64,000 bases of DNA from Blastocladiella emersonii ATCC 22665 (taxonomy: Eukaryota > Fungi > Blastocladiomycota), in contig JANHCV010000003.1 of NCBI GenBank assembly GCA_025594325.1, forward strand, positions 1,054,001-1,118,000, in the 5' to 3' direction. Positions 24,040 to 36,784 of the stretch are shown piece after piece; positions within the stretch are counted from its first letter, which is position 1, and each line of letters starts with the position of its first letter. Position numbers and translations under genes: made by a program. The notes under the pieces were generated by a model. It saw only the letters and a program-made list of their open reading frames with translations. It made no database searches and was not told the DNA's origin.

Positions 24040-27000
24040 TCACTGCCGCTCCGCGCGCACAACGATAGGAACGCGGACCACGAGCTTGAGCTCGGTGCCA
24101 TCGCTGGCATTCACGCGCGGCATGCGCTGCTCGACCGACCCGCCCATGCGCGCCGACATCTGCGTGAGCGCCGCGAACGTGAGAGCAACGTTGCCGAACC
24201 GCGCGCCGCGCGAGCCGAGCGACAGGTCGAGGTCCTGGTACTGCTCCGAGCCGGCACCGTTCGTGGCGGCGGACGCGTCGCCGCCATTGGACGGCGGCCG
24301 GATCGTGATGCACCCGGGCGCGACGCGGCTGATCGTCACCGAAAGGCTGACCTCGAGGCGCGTCATGGACGAGTCGCTCCGAGACGAACGCGGGTGACGC
24401 GCTGCGAGACTCGAGTCGCGCGGGGTCGCTGGCCGATTGATCGGTGGGCCCATAGGATCCTCGACAGGCACGACCATCACGAGCACGAGCCAGCGCGCGA
24501 GCGGAAGCGACGCACCGACGCCGACGGCCACCGTCTTGGCGATCACGGCGCGGAGCCCGGTGCCCGCGTCCGAGTCGAGGAACCGCGCGGCAGCCACGGA
24601 CTGCTGCGCGTCGAGACCCTCGAGCTGCATGTCGTTAAGGATCGCGAGCTGCTTGGCCTGAACCGTCGGCCGGCGCTGTTCCAGAGCGGAATCGATGATG
24701 CGGCGGAGCACCAACTCGAGTGGTTGAGCGGGACCGCCGACTCTAGGCGAAGCGAGTGCGTCAGCAGCGGGCGGAATAGCGATGCCTGCGAACCCGGCCA
24801 CGTCGTCGAGCATGGCCTTCATGTGCCGCGCCGCCTCGCTCGCGTCCGCCAGCTCGCCGACGTGACCTCGCTCCTCGAGAAGCTCTTCGGCGTTCGACAG
24901 GTCCGTGACCATGTCGCTCGCGAGGTTGGCGACGCTGCCCAGAATGAAGCCAAGCAGCCGATCGCGCGCTTGGGCCGCCTCGGTCGCGCGTCGGCCAAGC
25001 GCGGCCGCGACGCGGACGTGCTCGACCTGGTCCGAAATATCGTGGAAGAGGACGATCTGCGCAAACTCGTTGGCGACCGTGTGCCGCGACATGACCTCGT
25101 GGGCAGCAGCGGGTCCGTGTACCGTGACCACGGGCGAAACGGTCCATGGCCGTGCCGAGTCGCGCTGCTGCTGGTCGACAATCTCGCTCGCCTCGACGAT
25201 GCTGATCGAGAGCTGGACGGGAAGCGTCGAGCCGTCGCTGCGTCGTACCGTGCCCTCGCGCGTACCTGGCTCAAGCGGAAGCGATCGAGGCGGTGCGAGG
25301 GTTCTGCTGCTGTGCGACGTACTGGTGGCCGAAGAGCTCGTGACGGAAGCGACGGTACTCGAAGTCGAGCGCGAGCCCGAGCCCGAGCCCGAAGAAGTTG
25401 ATTGAGAGGACGCGGGAGAGAGGTGAAAGGGAGGAAGCTGGCCGCCGTCATCGCTCACGACGAGCAGCGCCGAGACGTGCATCTGGTTCAGCTCGGCCAT
25501 GCAGTAGCCCGTGATCTCCATGGTCGCGTCGTTGACGCCGATGATCCGGCCGTCTGAGTCGAGCAGGACCATGGCATCGGGAATCGCCTGTGTAATGGCC
25601 TTGGAATACTCCTGCAACGTCCCCAAAAGCCGTTCCTGCACGCGAAGCTGGTGCAGCGTTTGCTGCGACACGATGACACGCTTGAGGCCGCGACGCGCGA
25701 GTTCGGCCATGAGCGCAAACGACGCGAGCACCACGCCGAGGAGGACCCACGGCCAGATGGTGCGGAAGCGGGCACGGTACGGCCGCGACGGGATGCACTC
25801 GGTCGTCCACGGTGACTCGTTGACCGCGTGGAACGGAAGCACGTAGCGGTCACGGACCACGAGGTCGGCCGGGTCGGTCGGTCCGTATGTGAAGACCTTT
25901 TCCTGGCTCTGCGGGTAGACGATGCGAAGCGCGGCCTCGGTACGCGTCGGCACGCCGCGCGTGTGGTCCAAGGCTTCGGTGAAGAGGTCCTTGAGAAGCA
26001 AAGTGACCGCGGCGAACCACTTCGTGAAGGGCGTGAGAGTCGTCGCTACGGGTCGCTCGCGGACAACCAAGAACGAGATCATGCCAATCTGGTTGATGTC
26101 CACGAGAAGCACCGGCGGCGTGATTGCCCACATCCGCGTACGGTTCGTCTCGAGGACAGCCCTGCGACGTGGCGGCGATGAGAGAATGTTCATGCCGACG
26201 ATGGACGACGAGAAGCGCGCCTCTGGAAAGCTACAGTTGCGTGGCAATGAGTTGGCGCGGAATCGGACAGCCAGCGGGACACGCACATTATCGGGAGCGG
26301 AGTCGCGACTTGGTCGTCGGCCACAACGGACGAGTCATTGTTGAAGAAGTTTTTGGTGTACAGCGAGTTGTAGAGCGGGATTTGGCTCGGCGTGATGACG
26401 GGCATGACCGAGACCGAGTACACGATCGCTGGATTGAACGACGAGCGCTTGACGAAGTTGATAAAGGTGTCTGGAAGTGCAGTATCCCGGCAGTGAGAGC
26501 ATGCTTCGAGAGAATGAGAAAAGGGCGTACCGTTGGTAACCTCGCGACTCGAGTACGTGAAGGCGGCCACATTCTCAGCGTACTGCTTGAGCCGGACCTG
26601 CATCACCGTTTCCAGCGACCGGACGCTCAGCTGGCATTGGGTGTGAAAGTCACGCTGGAAGGTACGCGTCTCGACGCCGTTGAACCAGAGAAGCAGTCCA
26701 AGAGCGGCACCTGGAGGCGTTGCACAGGTTAGCAATGGTACGCGGTCCCGCATCGCAGCCGTGTCGCGTACCGACGCCGATCAGAGCAATGATGCTCCCG
26801 ACGATGAGCGGCAACCAAGTGGACGACTGGATATTGAACCGTGCGAGCATTCTCAGGACCCAGGACCCACCGGTATGCGAGTCCACACTCGCGGCCCGCG
26901 CGCGGAACGGCGGCGGCCGCTGCCACGACATGCGCATGTCGTCGTGGCTGAGAACCGCCTCGTTGGGAGCAAGTTCATGATCGATCGACGGAGGCGGAGG

Positions 27001-27318
27001 TGGTGGGTCGGGACTGATCCGCCACGTATACGCGCTGCCCTCGCCGCCGTCCATGACGGGAACTCGAGCTGGCGCAGTCCGCGGAGCAGGTATGGGAATC
27101 GCGCGCTGCACAGGTGGCGAAGCCATACGTTCGCCGGAACTCTCACTCTTGATGAACCGTGAGAGCCGAGGAGCATGTCGAGGAAGCGGCGATAGCGGTG
27201 TCGTGCGGCCGCCGCCGTCAATCAAAGGCGTGTCGCTCACTGCGCCCGGCGACGGCGCGTCGCTGACGAGCGGGTCGTACAGCCGCCGTCGCATGCCGCC
27301 AGTTGCATATTGATTCAT
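24040..27318 (-). CDS. TM-CHASE-TM-PAS sensor with degenerate histidine-kinase module
   Basis: Introns 26711-26771, 26471-26530 and 26231-26286 join three ORFs. TM1 (WLPLIVGSIIALIGVGAALGLLLWF); CHASE-like region (PIIFPE..IVGMNILSSPPRRRAVLE; TPPVLLV); TM2; PAS (AIPDAMVLLDSDGRIIGVN...RRSDGSTLPV...FHDISDQ); MGGSV remnant of the HATPase domain. The start codon is uncertain. Confidence 0.7.
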
Positions 27319-27543
27319 TGGTTTACGTGGTGCGTGGGAGATCGTGCAGTGAGCAGAGCAGCTTGCGGTCTGCGAAGGCCGAAGGGATCGCTCAAGCCAC
27401 GCCGCACGAAGCACGCTGTGGCGCAACGCGTCTTTCACTCCACCTTAGCCTGACCCCCCTTCCTCAGCAACCACGCTCGCTCGAAATACAACGGAATCAA
27501 TAAGCAATTCAAATGAGCAGATGGTCTAGCACAGTAGTCACAG

Positions 27544-30500
27544 CTACACGCCCGGGCCGTCTTGCCGCGCTAGCGTGGCCGTCTTGAGGGGCACGACCAC
27601 GTCGTGTGATGGGGAGCCCAGCTCGGCCTTGGACACGAGGATCGCCGCCGACGCCGCATTGGACGCCGCGGGCGATGCCACACCGTGCAGCGCAGCCGGC
27701 GCGCCGTTCCCGTTGGCGAGCGACCTGGAACTCTCGCCCTTGTTCAGTGGCGGCCTGGAGTCGGACAGTGCAGATGGCGGCAGCGTCTCGACCTTGGGCA
27801 CCGGTGGCGCGGCGGGGGCGGGCGTCGCTGCTGCTGCGGCAGCGGCCGCAGCGGCCTGCGCTTCTTGCATCTTCGCCTTCCAGTACACTACATGGTTTGA
27901 TGATGTGAGATTCAGCGGAAGAGAACCACGATGCGCGCGAGTCGGCGTACCCTTGTTGTTGGCAATGTTGGTCACGAGCGGCTTGATGTCGTCCTCCATG
28001 AACCTTCCCCACACGTCGAAGAGCGGCGCCACGACAAAGTCGATGAAGCCCTACGGAGACGATTCGAGCACACGCACAGTCAGTTCACGTCCGCCCCACT
28101 CGCACGATGCCCGAGACAAGCGTACCACTTGACACTTCGGGATATCCGTGTTGTACCGGTCCATGAGCGTCGAGATGTCCATGCCTCGCCGCCGCTCCTC
28201 GTCGCCTTGCCGGAAGAACTCCTCCATGATGAAGGCGGTCCACTGCGTGCAGAGGTGGAGCGGTTTCGACGGGTTGTTGATGTCGGCGCACTTCATGGCG
28301 ATCGACAGGACAAACTTGCGGTCGACGCGCTTGTCCATGTCGAACCCGAACAGCACGTTGCCCTGGATCGGCGACGGCACCGGCGCTGCTGGTGGTGGTG
28401 CGGCCGGGGATGTTGGCGACGACGACGAGGCCGCCGTCCCGTTGGCCGACGTGGTCGCCGCAGCAGCGGCCGCCGCGACGGCGGCCGGCGGGGGCGACGG
28501 GGTGCTGGCCTCGATGCGGTTCTTGAACTTGGTGATGAACTCAAAGTGCGCGGCCATGTCGGTGGCGAGGACGAGCGACACGACGATATCGCGGACGGCC
28601 TTGGACTGCTCGTTGGACATGTTGCTGAGGATGTTGAAGGACGGCGACGACCGCATGATGGCGAAGGCCATGGAGCAGTGGAAGTGCTCGAGCACCGCCT
28701 GGTCGTTGTACTGGAGCGCGAGCCGGTCGCCCGTGTTGATGAGGAACGGGTTGTTGAACCCGGGGTGCGCGAGGTCGTGGATGAGCGCAGCGATTAGCGC
28801 CGCGAACATCTCGTCGGCGGGGACGCGCCCGAGCAGCCGGTCGCGCGTCAGGTAGTAGTTCATGGACGCGGTCACGTCTGCCGCGTGCAGTGCGTTGTGG
28901 TACGGGTTGCTCGGCAGGTACCCGGCCTCGACCGCGAGCAGGAAGTTCTGCATCACGCGCGGGTCCACGTCCATGGCCATGGCCAGCCCGTGCCGCTCGA
29001 AGATGCGCATGCCCGTGAAGTAGACCGGGTGCCCATTCGACGCCTCGTTGAGCGTGATCACGTCAAAGTCGGCCGTCTCGACGAAATCGAGGCACCGCTC
29101 GATGGCCGCGATCCGGTCGGGCGGCAGCAGCGTGATATCGCGCGGCACCATGGATTCGATGTGCGGCTTGGGCGGTGCCGCCTCGATGCTGCTCTCGTCG
29201 AGGTCGGGGAGGTGCGGGAGCGCGCCGCCGTTCGGACCGCCGCCGGTACCACCGCCCGCCGCGTCCTTGCCCGTCTTGGGTGACGCGGGACCCGAACCGG
29301 TCGCGTGGCCCATGGTGCCCGGCAGGGGCGCGCCCGACGGGCTGCCGGGGCCAAAGTTGGACTTGGCCGAGACGGACCCGCGCGGTCCGGCGCCGGCAGC
29401 CGACCCGGCGCCCGTGGAGCTGGGCTCGGCGATGGCGCCGCCGCCCTTCTGCATGAGGCTGTTGAGGAAGTCGACGACGTCCGAGTCGGCGGGCTTGGTC
29501 TGGAGATCGACGCCGAACAGGTCGCCCGAGGTCAGGATCTTGATGACAAAGTCGAGCGACTGGTTCGTGTCGGCGTCGGTCTCGCCCGAGTCGCGGATCT
29601 CCTTGAGGATCTGGATGACGCGGGTGAGGGGCGCGTCGAGGTCGGCGCCGCGGTCCATCTTCATGCGCTTGAGCTCGCGCTTGAGCTCGACGTTGGTCTG
29701 CATGAGGTTGGTCACGTAGTTTTCGCGCTCGAGCAGCGTGAGGGCGTTGAGCTTGATGAACCGCTCGAGCGTCATGAAGCAGAAGATGACCACCGAGCAG
29801 GCGACGATCCACACGATCTCGCGCGGCCACGAGATGGGGTCGGTGAGGGCCTCGCCGCAGAAGAAGTCGGCGCAGTTTTGCCGGTAAAAGTACGACATGA
29901 AGGCGACGCACGACACGTAGGTGCCGAGGAACCCAATCGAGTAGCCGACGAGGTGCTTCTGCATGTTGGGGCGGCCCATCTGCAGGTAGATAATGAGGAA
30001 CGAGACGTACCACAGCGCCGTGGCAAGCATGTGGGCTTCTCGGGAGATGATGCACATGATGGCGAACGGGATCAGCGAGATGTAGAAGGGCGTGATCGAC
30101 TTGTCGTTGCGGAAGTGCGCGATCCGCGACACCTGCAGCACGTACAGCGCCGCGTTGAGGTACAGGAACATGGTGTAGTTGCGGATGTCGGCCGACAGCC
30201 CGAGCTGGTTCGCCGACATGATCAGCACCACGAACATGACGTAGTGCACCAGCAGCTGCCCAATCACCGACCCGCGGATCATGGACGTCGGCACGTGCCG
30301 CAGGATCTCCTGCGTCGCCACGCGGTGGAGCTGCATCGCGGTGCTGGAGTGGAGCGTGTCGTCGAGGTCGAAGAAGTGGCGCGACGACTGGTAGTCGAAG
30401 CTCGAGTTGTCGAACGGGTAGATGCTGACGTTGAACGTCGAATCACCTACGATGCGAGCCATAGAGGGTCAGGTCAGTACGAGCCCGACGCGTCTCGTTT

Positions 30501-31815
30501 CAGCATGAACGACGCGACGCGTACCTCCGCCACGCGAGCTCTGGCCGGGCGAGTGGCTGGACGCGGTACGAAAGCTGGCCGCGTAGAGCGAGGCGGTGCG
30601 GGTGCCGGGGCGGACGGGGCCGGCGGCGGGGACGTTGAGGAGGAGGCCCGACGCGTATCTGCTCGGCTGGCGCTGGAGGAACGGGTGCTGGCTGCCGAAC
30701 GACGACCGGCCGCGGCGGAGCTGCGTGAGGGTGGTGCGGCGGCTGCCCGACTGACCGAGGCTGGAGATGGACTCTTCGCGGTCCGCGCCCGTGAGCTGGA
30801 TGAAGCTGTGGGTCGAGACGGCGCTGCTCGGGACGCGCGGGATCGTCGACCGCGACTCTTGATCGCGGAGAACCGAGGTCGAGCGCGACGCCGGCGCGGC
30901 GGGAGCGGGGGCGGCGGCGGTGGTGACGCGAGCGCCGAGCGAGTCGGAAAAGGACCGGTCGAGGCTCTCGTTGGACGGGAGCGACGAGTGGGTGGTGGTG
31001 ATGACCGGGTGGATCGCCGGCTGCTGCTGCTGCTGGCGCGACGCGGCGACCTTGAAGAGCTTGGCTACGAGAGCCGAGAGGCGGCGGCCGAGGAGCCGGG
31101 TGCGTGTCGGCTGCTGGCCGTCGGATCCGTCACTGACGGTGGTGCCGCTCGAGAGACCCGACTCGGGCCACGACTCGTGGCGAAGAGGTGGGGCCGGGTT
31201 CGCGGCGCGGGCCTTGACGTCGTTGGCCGCGGGCGGCGAGGCGGTGCCCGGGACCGAGGTGTAGCCGGCGAGGACGGGATGCGAGCGCGAGTGCCGCGAC
31301 GATGACGAGACCGAGTCGGAGGATGCGCGGCTGCCGAAGGACGACGAAGACGACGGCTGCTGCTTCGGGGGCTGGAAGTGCGGGCTGCTCGAGGCGAGCG
31401 GCGATCGATGGACGGGGACGGGCGCGGCGTGGATGGGCGCCGGTCCGGATCCAGAGTGGGTGGCGAGAGTACTCGAAGGTGCGGCGGCGGCGGCAAAGGG
31501 CGCGGCGGCGGGACCGAGTGGAGGGAGCCGGTGCGGGATCACAGAGGCCGCCGTCGGGGTGAGCGAGCGGGTCGATGAGCGTGCAGCGGCGGCGGCGGCA
31601 GGGACGACAGCGGACGGGAGAGGAGCGCCGGGGAGAGACGAGGACGGGTGCTCGGCGGCGGCGGCAGGCCAGGCGGACGCGTCGGAGCGGAGATGGTGAT
31701 GGAGGAGAGAGTGGTGCGGGTGCGGGAGGGGCGACGGCTTGGAGCGAGGGGGAATTGAGGATGGATCGATACTAGACGTAGTCGTGACGGGGGTATTCGA
31801 GGGAGATGATGACAT
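27544..31815 (-). CDS. Class I cyclic-nucleotide phosphodiesterase with about 6 N-terminal TM helices
   Basis: NPYHNALHAADV, IHDLAHPGFNN, VLEHFH, LATDMAAH, KCADINNP, EEFFRQGDEE, QVGFIDF. An in-frame intron at 30447-30524 joins the Ser-rich 5' ORF, and a further intron lies at ~28035-28125. Confidence 0.9.
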
Positions 31816-33035
31816 GGACTCGCCGGGAACAGACTGGGGGCGGTCCGCGGCACATGGGGCGTGCAGCAGCTAGCAAATCAATGGTCGCATGCGAGATACA
31901 TTGGAGTCCGCGGCGGTGGCGATGGGCTGCGGCGGCGGCGGCGACGAGTCGAGGTCGGGCGACGGCGGGCGGCGAGCGGCGCGCACGCGCAGAAGCGGGC
32001 AGCAGCGGCAGCAGCGAGTAGCGCGCGAGGATGGTCGCGAGCAGCCACGGCGACGGTGCCGGAGATGCGCGAGGATGCGATCGTGCGTGCAGCGCGCGCG
32101 CGGGCCAGAGTAGGAGCGGGAGCGGAGGAGCAGGCGCGTCGAGGCGAGTCGCGTATCACACCTCTCCCACAAGCCCGTTGTAGCAGGTCGCGGACGGCGG
32201 GGGGCGCGGGGACGGGCACACGCGAGGAGGCTCGAGCGGCGTGCTTGCTCTGCCGGGCAGCGGCGGCGGCGGCGACAGGTCGCGAGGGTAGCCGACGAGG
32301 AGGGGGGAACAGAGGCTGCTCGTCGGTGCAGCGTGGGGGCGGGCAGATCGCGGTCGTATCCGCGGCGTGGCGTGGGCGATGGGGGCGCCCGTGCGAGGCG
32401 GCGCTGGTGCAGCTAGTGCAAGTAGACGAGGGGGAGGTTGGCGGCCGGGATGCACATGGGGCACGCGGTGCGGCGCGCTCGGAGCAAAAAAGTCGGGTCG
32501 GTAGTGGGTTGCGCGCGCGAGGGCGTCCGCGTAGCTGACCGATCTTAGTGCGATCGTGGGCGGGCGGAGGGGGACGTTCTGCGACCGCGAAAGTGTGTGC
32601 GGCGATAATGGTCTGAGGCGCGACCATCATGCCCCCGCTCGGCCGGCGCGTGTGTCGCGGCTGCCGTGCTGCACGCCGGGCACGGGCACGGCACGGCCGC
32701 GGCGCGCGCCGCACACCACAAAAGCGGGTTTTCGGGCGTTGAACAAGCGAGGCTCCCTCGTCTCGCGGGAGACACGGACGCGTCGGTGGCGCCGGGAACG
32801 ACGCGTCGCGAGACGCGCGACGCGTGACGAAATCGCGTGACCGGCCGATGGAAGTGACGGGCCCCTTTCGGAGCGCGATTTGATCTGCAAAAATGATCCT
32901 GGCGGTGTGGGCGAGCACATGGGACAGGGACAGCGATGAAAGCGTGTTCGGTGTATGAATGATATAGTAAGGTTGGTTGGTCGGCGCTCGGCACGATTTG
33001 TGCGGATCGGGAGGTTGCCGTCGCGCGTCGTCTGA

Positions 33036-33972
33036 TCAGAGCCCAAAGTGGCCAAAGGACGTGGCAGCGGGCTACGGATTCGCGAACCGACGTCTCGGTC
33101 AGTCGAGTTTAAGAGACAGAGCAGGGAAAACGCGCGACACGCACCATGTGGCCCTCGGTGAAGGCGAGCCAGTCGCTCTCGGTTGTTGGGAGGAGGCCCA
33201 TCTGCTGGCACTTGTACAGGGCGACGAGCACGTTGGCGAGCTGGAGCGCAACAAAGGTGAGCTTGGGCAGGAACAGGCTGACCGTGCCCGACCGCGCGAT
33301 CGGCTTGAATACTAGACGAAGCCACGGGAGCGGGGGCGTCAGCGCTGCTGGATCAACGCCGCGAGCGGGGGTGAGAGAGACGTACCGCTGTCGATGCTCA
33401 TGAGGGCCTTGACCGGGTTCCAGAACATCATGACGGTGAAGAAGATGGAGAAAATCTGCAGCGAGTTGCCCGTCATGTACATCATGAGGAGGTTCATGGG
33501 CAGCGACTTGGCACCCGAGTAGGCAATGTCCCACGCTTTCTACAGGTTGCGGAGCAAGATGGGTCAGAGGGGAGGCTTGCGACGCGACGCGGGTTGAGCG
33601 AGGGCGAACCTTGGTGCGCAGCGCCGTCTGCTTCTGCTGATCCGCTTCACTGCGAGGGGCAGCCGAACGCTATGATTGGGACGCAGCTCAAGATCAGTTT
33701 GGCCGTTCGGGATGGCGACATCGGCGAGAGCCGCGCACCGTCGAGGTCGACTTGAGGCCGCCGCGCGGGCCCGTGTGCAGCGCGAAGCCCGGTGGCGAGG
33801 GGATCGACTTCTGCGAGCTACCGAGTCGAATCAGGAATGATCCAGTCAGCCGGGAGCTCGCCAAGGGTGTCCGCGAGTGCTCGCTTGGGCGAGAACGCTG
33901 CGGCAACGGTGGGGCGGAGACTTACTCGGACCAGTCGCTGACGACGAGGGGCTTGACAAAGTCCTTTTGCAT
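33036..33972 (-). CDS. EMC4: ER membrane complex subunit 4, multi-exon
   Basis: PPGF, KAWDIAYSGAKSLPMNLLMMYMTGNSLQIFSI and LYKCQQMGLLPTTESDWLAF are diagnostic of EMC4/TMEM85. Confidence 0.88.
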
Positions 33973-34242
33973 GGTGTTACGTTGAGAATACAGGTGTGCT
34001 AGGGGCGTATCGGGGAGCGTGAGGAGGGAGGGGTCAAGTGCGCAGGTGTGGCGACTGGGCGGACGGCGCGCCGGTCGACGCGAAGGCGGCCATCACGTGA
34101 GCGGCGCTCGCGGGGCGCGCTCGCTTTCTCCCTTCGCCGCGGCCCTCTCCCTCCCCTTCTCTCTCCCGCCAAGTCTGCATCGCTACGGCGAACCCATGCA
34201 TCTGAAATAAACTCAACGCATTACTCAAACCACGCACCAACC

Positions 34243-35224
34243 ATGTCAGCCATGCTCCCGCGCGACTGGGACTCGCTCCGGCGGATGGCCAAGCAGATGG
34301 AGGCCGAGTGCGAGAACAAGCTCTCGGCCTTTGCGCGCGCCGCGTCCGCCTCGGCCTCGGGCAGTGGCACTGGCGGCTTCGGGCGCAGCGGTGCTCCCGA
34401 CGTCGCGTCCACGTCGATCCACGTCACGGAAGCGCAGCTTGAGGACCTCTTGAAGAAAGTGCGCCATCGGTGTGGGGAGACTGCGTCCGCCCTGGACCTG
34501 ACCAATTCGCCGTGTAGCTCGGGCAAGTCGTAGAGCAAATGTCGAGCGTCCTCACGCCCGCGTCGCCGTCTTCGTCGTACCTGCTCGTCCAGCGGCAACG
34601 GGACACGCTGCAGGAACACACGCGCGAGTTTCGGCGCATCAGGGTACGTGGCGCTTGCTGCTGACTTGTCGCTGTGGGATCGCTAACCGCGAACCGCGGC
34701 ATCGCTCAGGCGAATCTGATTGCGGCAAAGGAGCATTCCGAGCTGCTCAACTCGGTGCGCTCGGACATTCAGTACGTAGTCTTCGCGCGACAAGCTCGCC
34801 ATCGGTCCTTGACAGAAGCTCACCCTCGACCGGCTGAGTAGCGCACACAAGGCCGCTGCCGCGTCCGGGACCGACTACTTTCTGTCGGAGCGGTCACACC
34901 TCGACAACACGCACATCATGATTGACGAGATCATCGAGTACGCCGTCGCCATACTTCCTCTCCACGCGCTCGACGAGATCCCGCACTTACCGCCCCCCGC
35001 TCGCTGACCGTGTGTGTAGCCAAGCGCACGAGACGCGGGCCAACCTCGACTCGCAGCGCCAGACCCTCCTCGGCGCGCATCGCCGCGTCGTCAACCTCGG
35101 CACCGTGTTCCCGCAGCTCAACTCGCTCATGACGCGGATCCGCCTGCGCCGCCGCCGCGACACGCTGATCCTGTCGTTTGTCACGGCGGTCTGCATTTTC
35201 ACCATGTATCTCTACTATAGCTGA
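34243..35224 (+). CDS. GOS1: Golgi SNARE Gos1/GS28, multi-exon
   Basis: WDSLRRMAKQMEAECENKLSAF, QRQRDTLQEHTREFRRI, RRVVNLGTVFPQLNSLMTRIRLRRRRDTLILSFV followed by a C-terminal TM anchor. Confidence 0.88.
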
Positions 35225-35270
35225 CGTACGAGGTGTTTTTATTGTGATACCGCGCGTTCCTTCCGCGAAT

Positions 35271-35455
35271 TGACGCGTCGCTCATCTCTCGTGGCTGCTC
35301 GCGCAAGACAAGCTGGACGTGTCTCGCATTCGCGTGGAGACATGCTCTCCCGCGACCATGAATCAAACAATCCCCGATAGATCGTAGAGCACTCGATGCA
35401 ACGACGTCAAATACCAACAAACGAAATGAGACCATGTCCGCAGCAAGCGTAATCC
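35271..35455 (+). repeat. Diverged direct repeat, copy 1 (promoter + first codons, MSAASV)
   Basis: Shared blocks with 36785-36965: gtgtctcgca, gtggagaca, atgaatca(a/g)acaatccccga, gatgcaa(c/t)gacgtcaaatac, atgtccgcagcaagcgtaa. Confidence 0.85.
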
Positions 35456-36378
35456 ACGCCGCAAGGGAAAACGGGCTCCGCTGGCGGCGGAAGTCGGCTG
35501 TTGTCAACACCGAGACCGTGATCCTGCAGCTGTGCCGGTCGTCCGCGTCGGGCAACCAGCTTGCGCTCGTCGCCGAGGCCATTGTTCCGCTCGCCGAGCT
35601 GCCGCACGTCGGCTGGGTCCCGCTCTACGACCTCGGCCGCACGGACGGCGACGACCTGAAGCCCGTCACGGAACTCTGGCTCGAGCTCGAGGTCGCTGAC
35701 CCGGAGCCCGAGCCGGCGGTCATCGCGCCAGAGACTACCGCTGCCCCGGCACCGCTCGCCGCGTCACACGAGATGCTCGGCTCCGAGATCAGTCTCGCGT
35801 CCGTCCCCGAGACGCGCGAGCTCGCGCCGGCTGCCGGCGAGTTCTCCGAGCCGTCGACCGTTGAAACCGTCCTGCCAATCAATGATCCACCGCTTTCCGG
35901 GTGATACGCCACCGCCTTGCCTTCACTTTCACTGCCCGTCCCGCTGTTGAGTTGGCCAGCAGCCCTCGACCTCGGTCTGCGTTCTCAACGGCTGAAACGG
36001 CTTGTTGAACCACGAATGGAACCGGACGGCATATCAATCAACGGCGCAGATCTTCTAAGCCTATCCACTCCGAGGCTCTTTGCGCTGACTGTTCTCGACG
36101 CTTTATTCAAGGCGGGAAACAGTTACCGCGAGCCGGCCGCAGTGCGAGACGCGTTTTGATATCATGTGATCGCGCGCTGCGAGAACTTTCGCCTCCTTCG
36201 CGCGTCGCGCCGCAAAGCGCCACCCTCGCCCGTCCAGCAGTAACATGATCTCGAGGAGCGCGTCGTGCTCGACCCGACGCCGGCGCTGTTCGACCCCGCT
36301 GTCAAACTCGTCGCGGACTGGCTCGCGCCGCACGTCGCGGCGTTCGCGGCCCTACGGGCTATATGTGCAATCGTATAG
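35434..36378 (+). pseudogene. Chimeric decayed gene: partial C2-like domain followed by a stop-interrupted frame
   Basis: VAEAIVPLAELP..GWVPLYD..ELWLELEV resembles the C-terminal half of a C2 domain. The 35917-36378 frame stays protein-like across two in-frame stops (TGA 36157, TAA 36241). Confidence 0.45.
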
Positions 36379-36555
36379 TACGCAATTGGTTCCTGAACCG
36401 CCAGTATAAATTCACGGCAGGCACATGCGAAAGGTAAATCCCACGGGGATCGTGGCGATGCGACGCGTCGCGATATCATGTGATTGCCGGCAGCTCGAAC
36501 CGAAGCCGCTTTGGCCAGGGGTGCTGCGAAGCGCCACTCTCAATCGACAGGAACA

Positions 36556-36599
36556 TGCGCAGTCACACCGAGAAGCGTGCGCAGTCACACCGAGAAGCG
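36556..36599. repeat. Perfect 22-nt tandem duplication tgcgcagtcacaccgagaagcg x2
   Basis: Read directly from the sequence. Confidence 0.95.
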
Positions 36600-36784
36600 G
36601 GACGCCATTGACATCTCCCTCGGCGTGTTCCAGAGGTGGGACGGCTCTCGGCTCCCATTGTCAGCGTCCAAGGAGCGGTTCAAGCACGCACTGCATCAGC
36701 ACACCGAGTGGCGACATGACTTCGTCCCCGGACCGATCCTCGAGCGCCAGGCAGGCGACGAGGAACCAGGCGAGCCGGTCCGGC

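Noticed and set aside
29700-30330. Rhodopsin-PDE (light-activated) interpretation of the TM-PDE
   Set aside because: I count only about six helices, and there is no retinal-binding DxxxK lysine in the last helix.
31816-33035. ORFs of 200-350 aa in the PDE upstream region
   Set aside because: Low-complexity GC-rich frames with no motifs or convincing splice structure; most likely promoter or UTR.
36556-36599. CRISPR-like repeat
   Set aside because: Only two adjacent copies with no spacer, a eukaryotic context and no cas genes.
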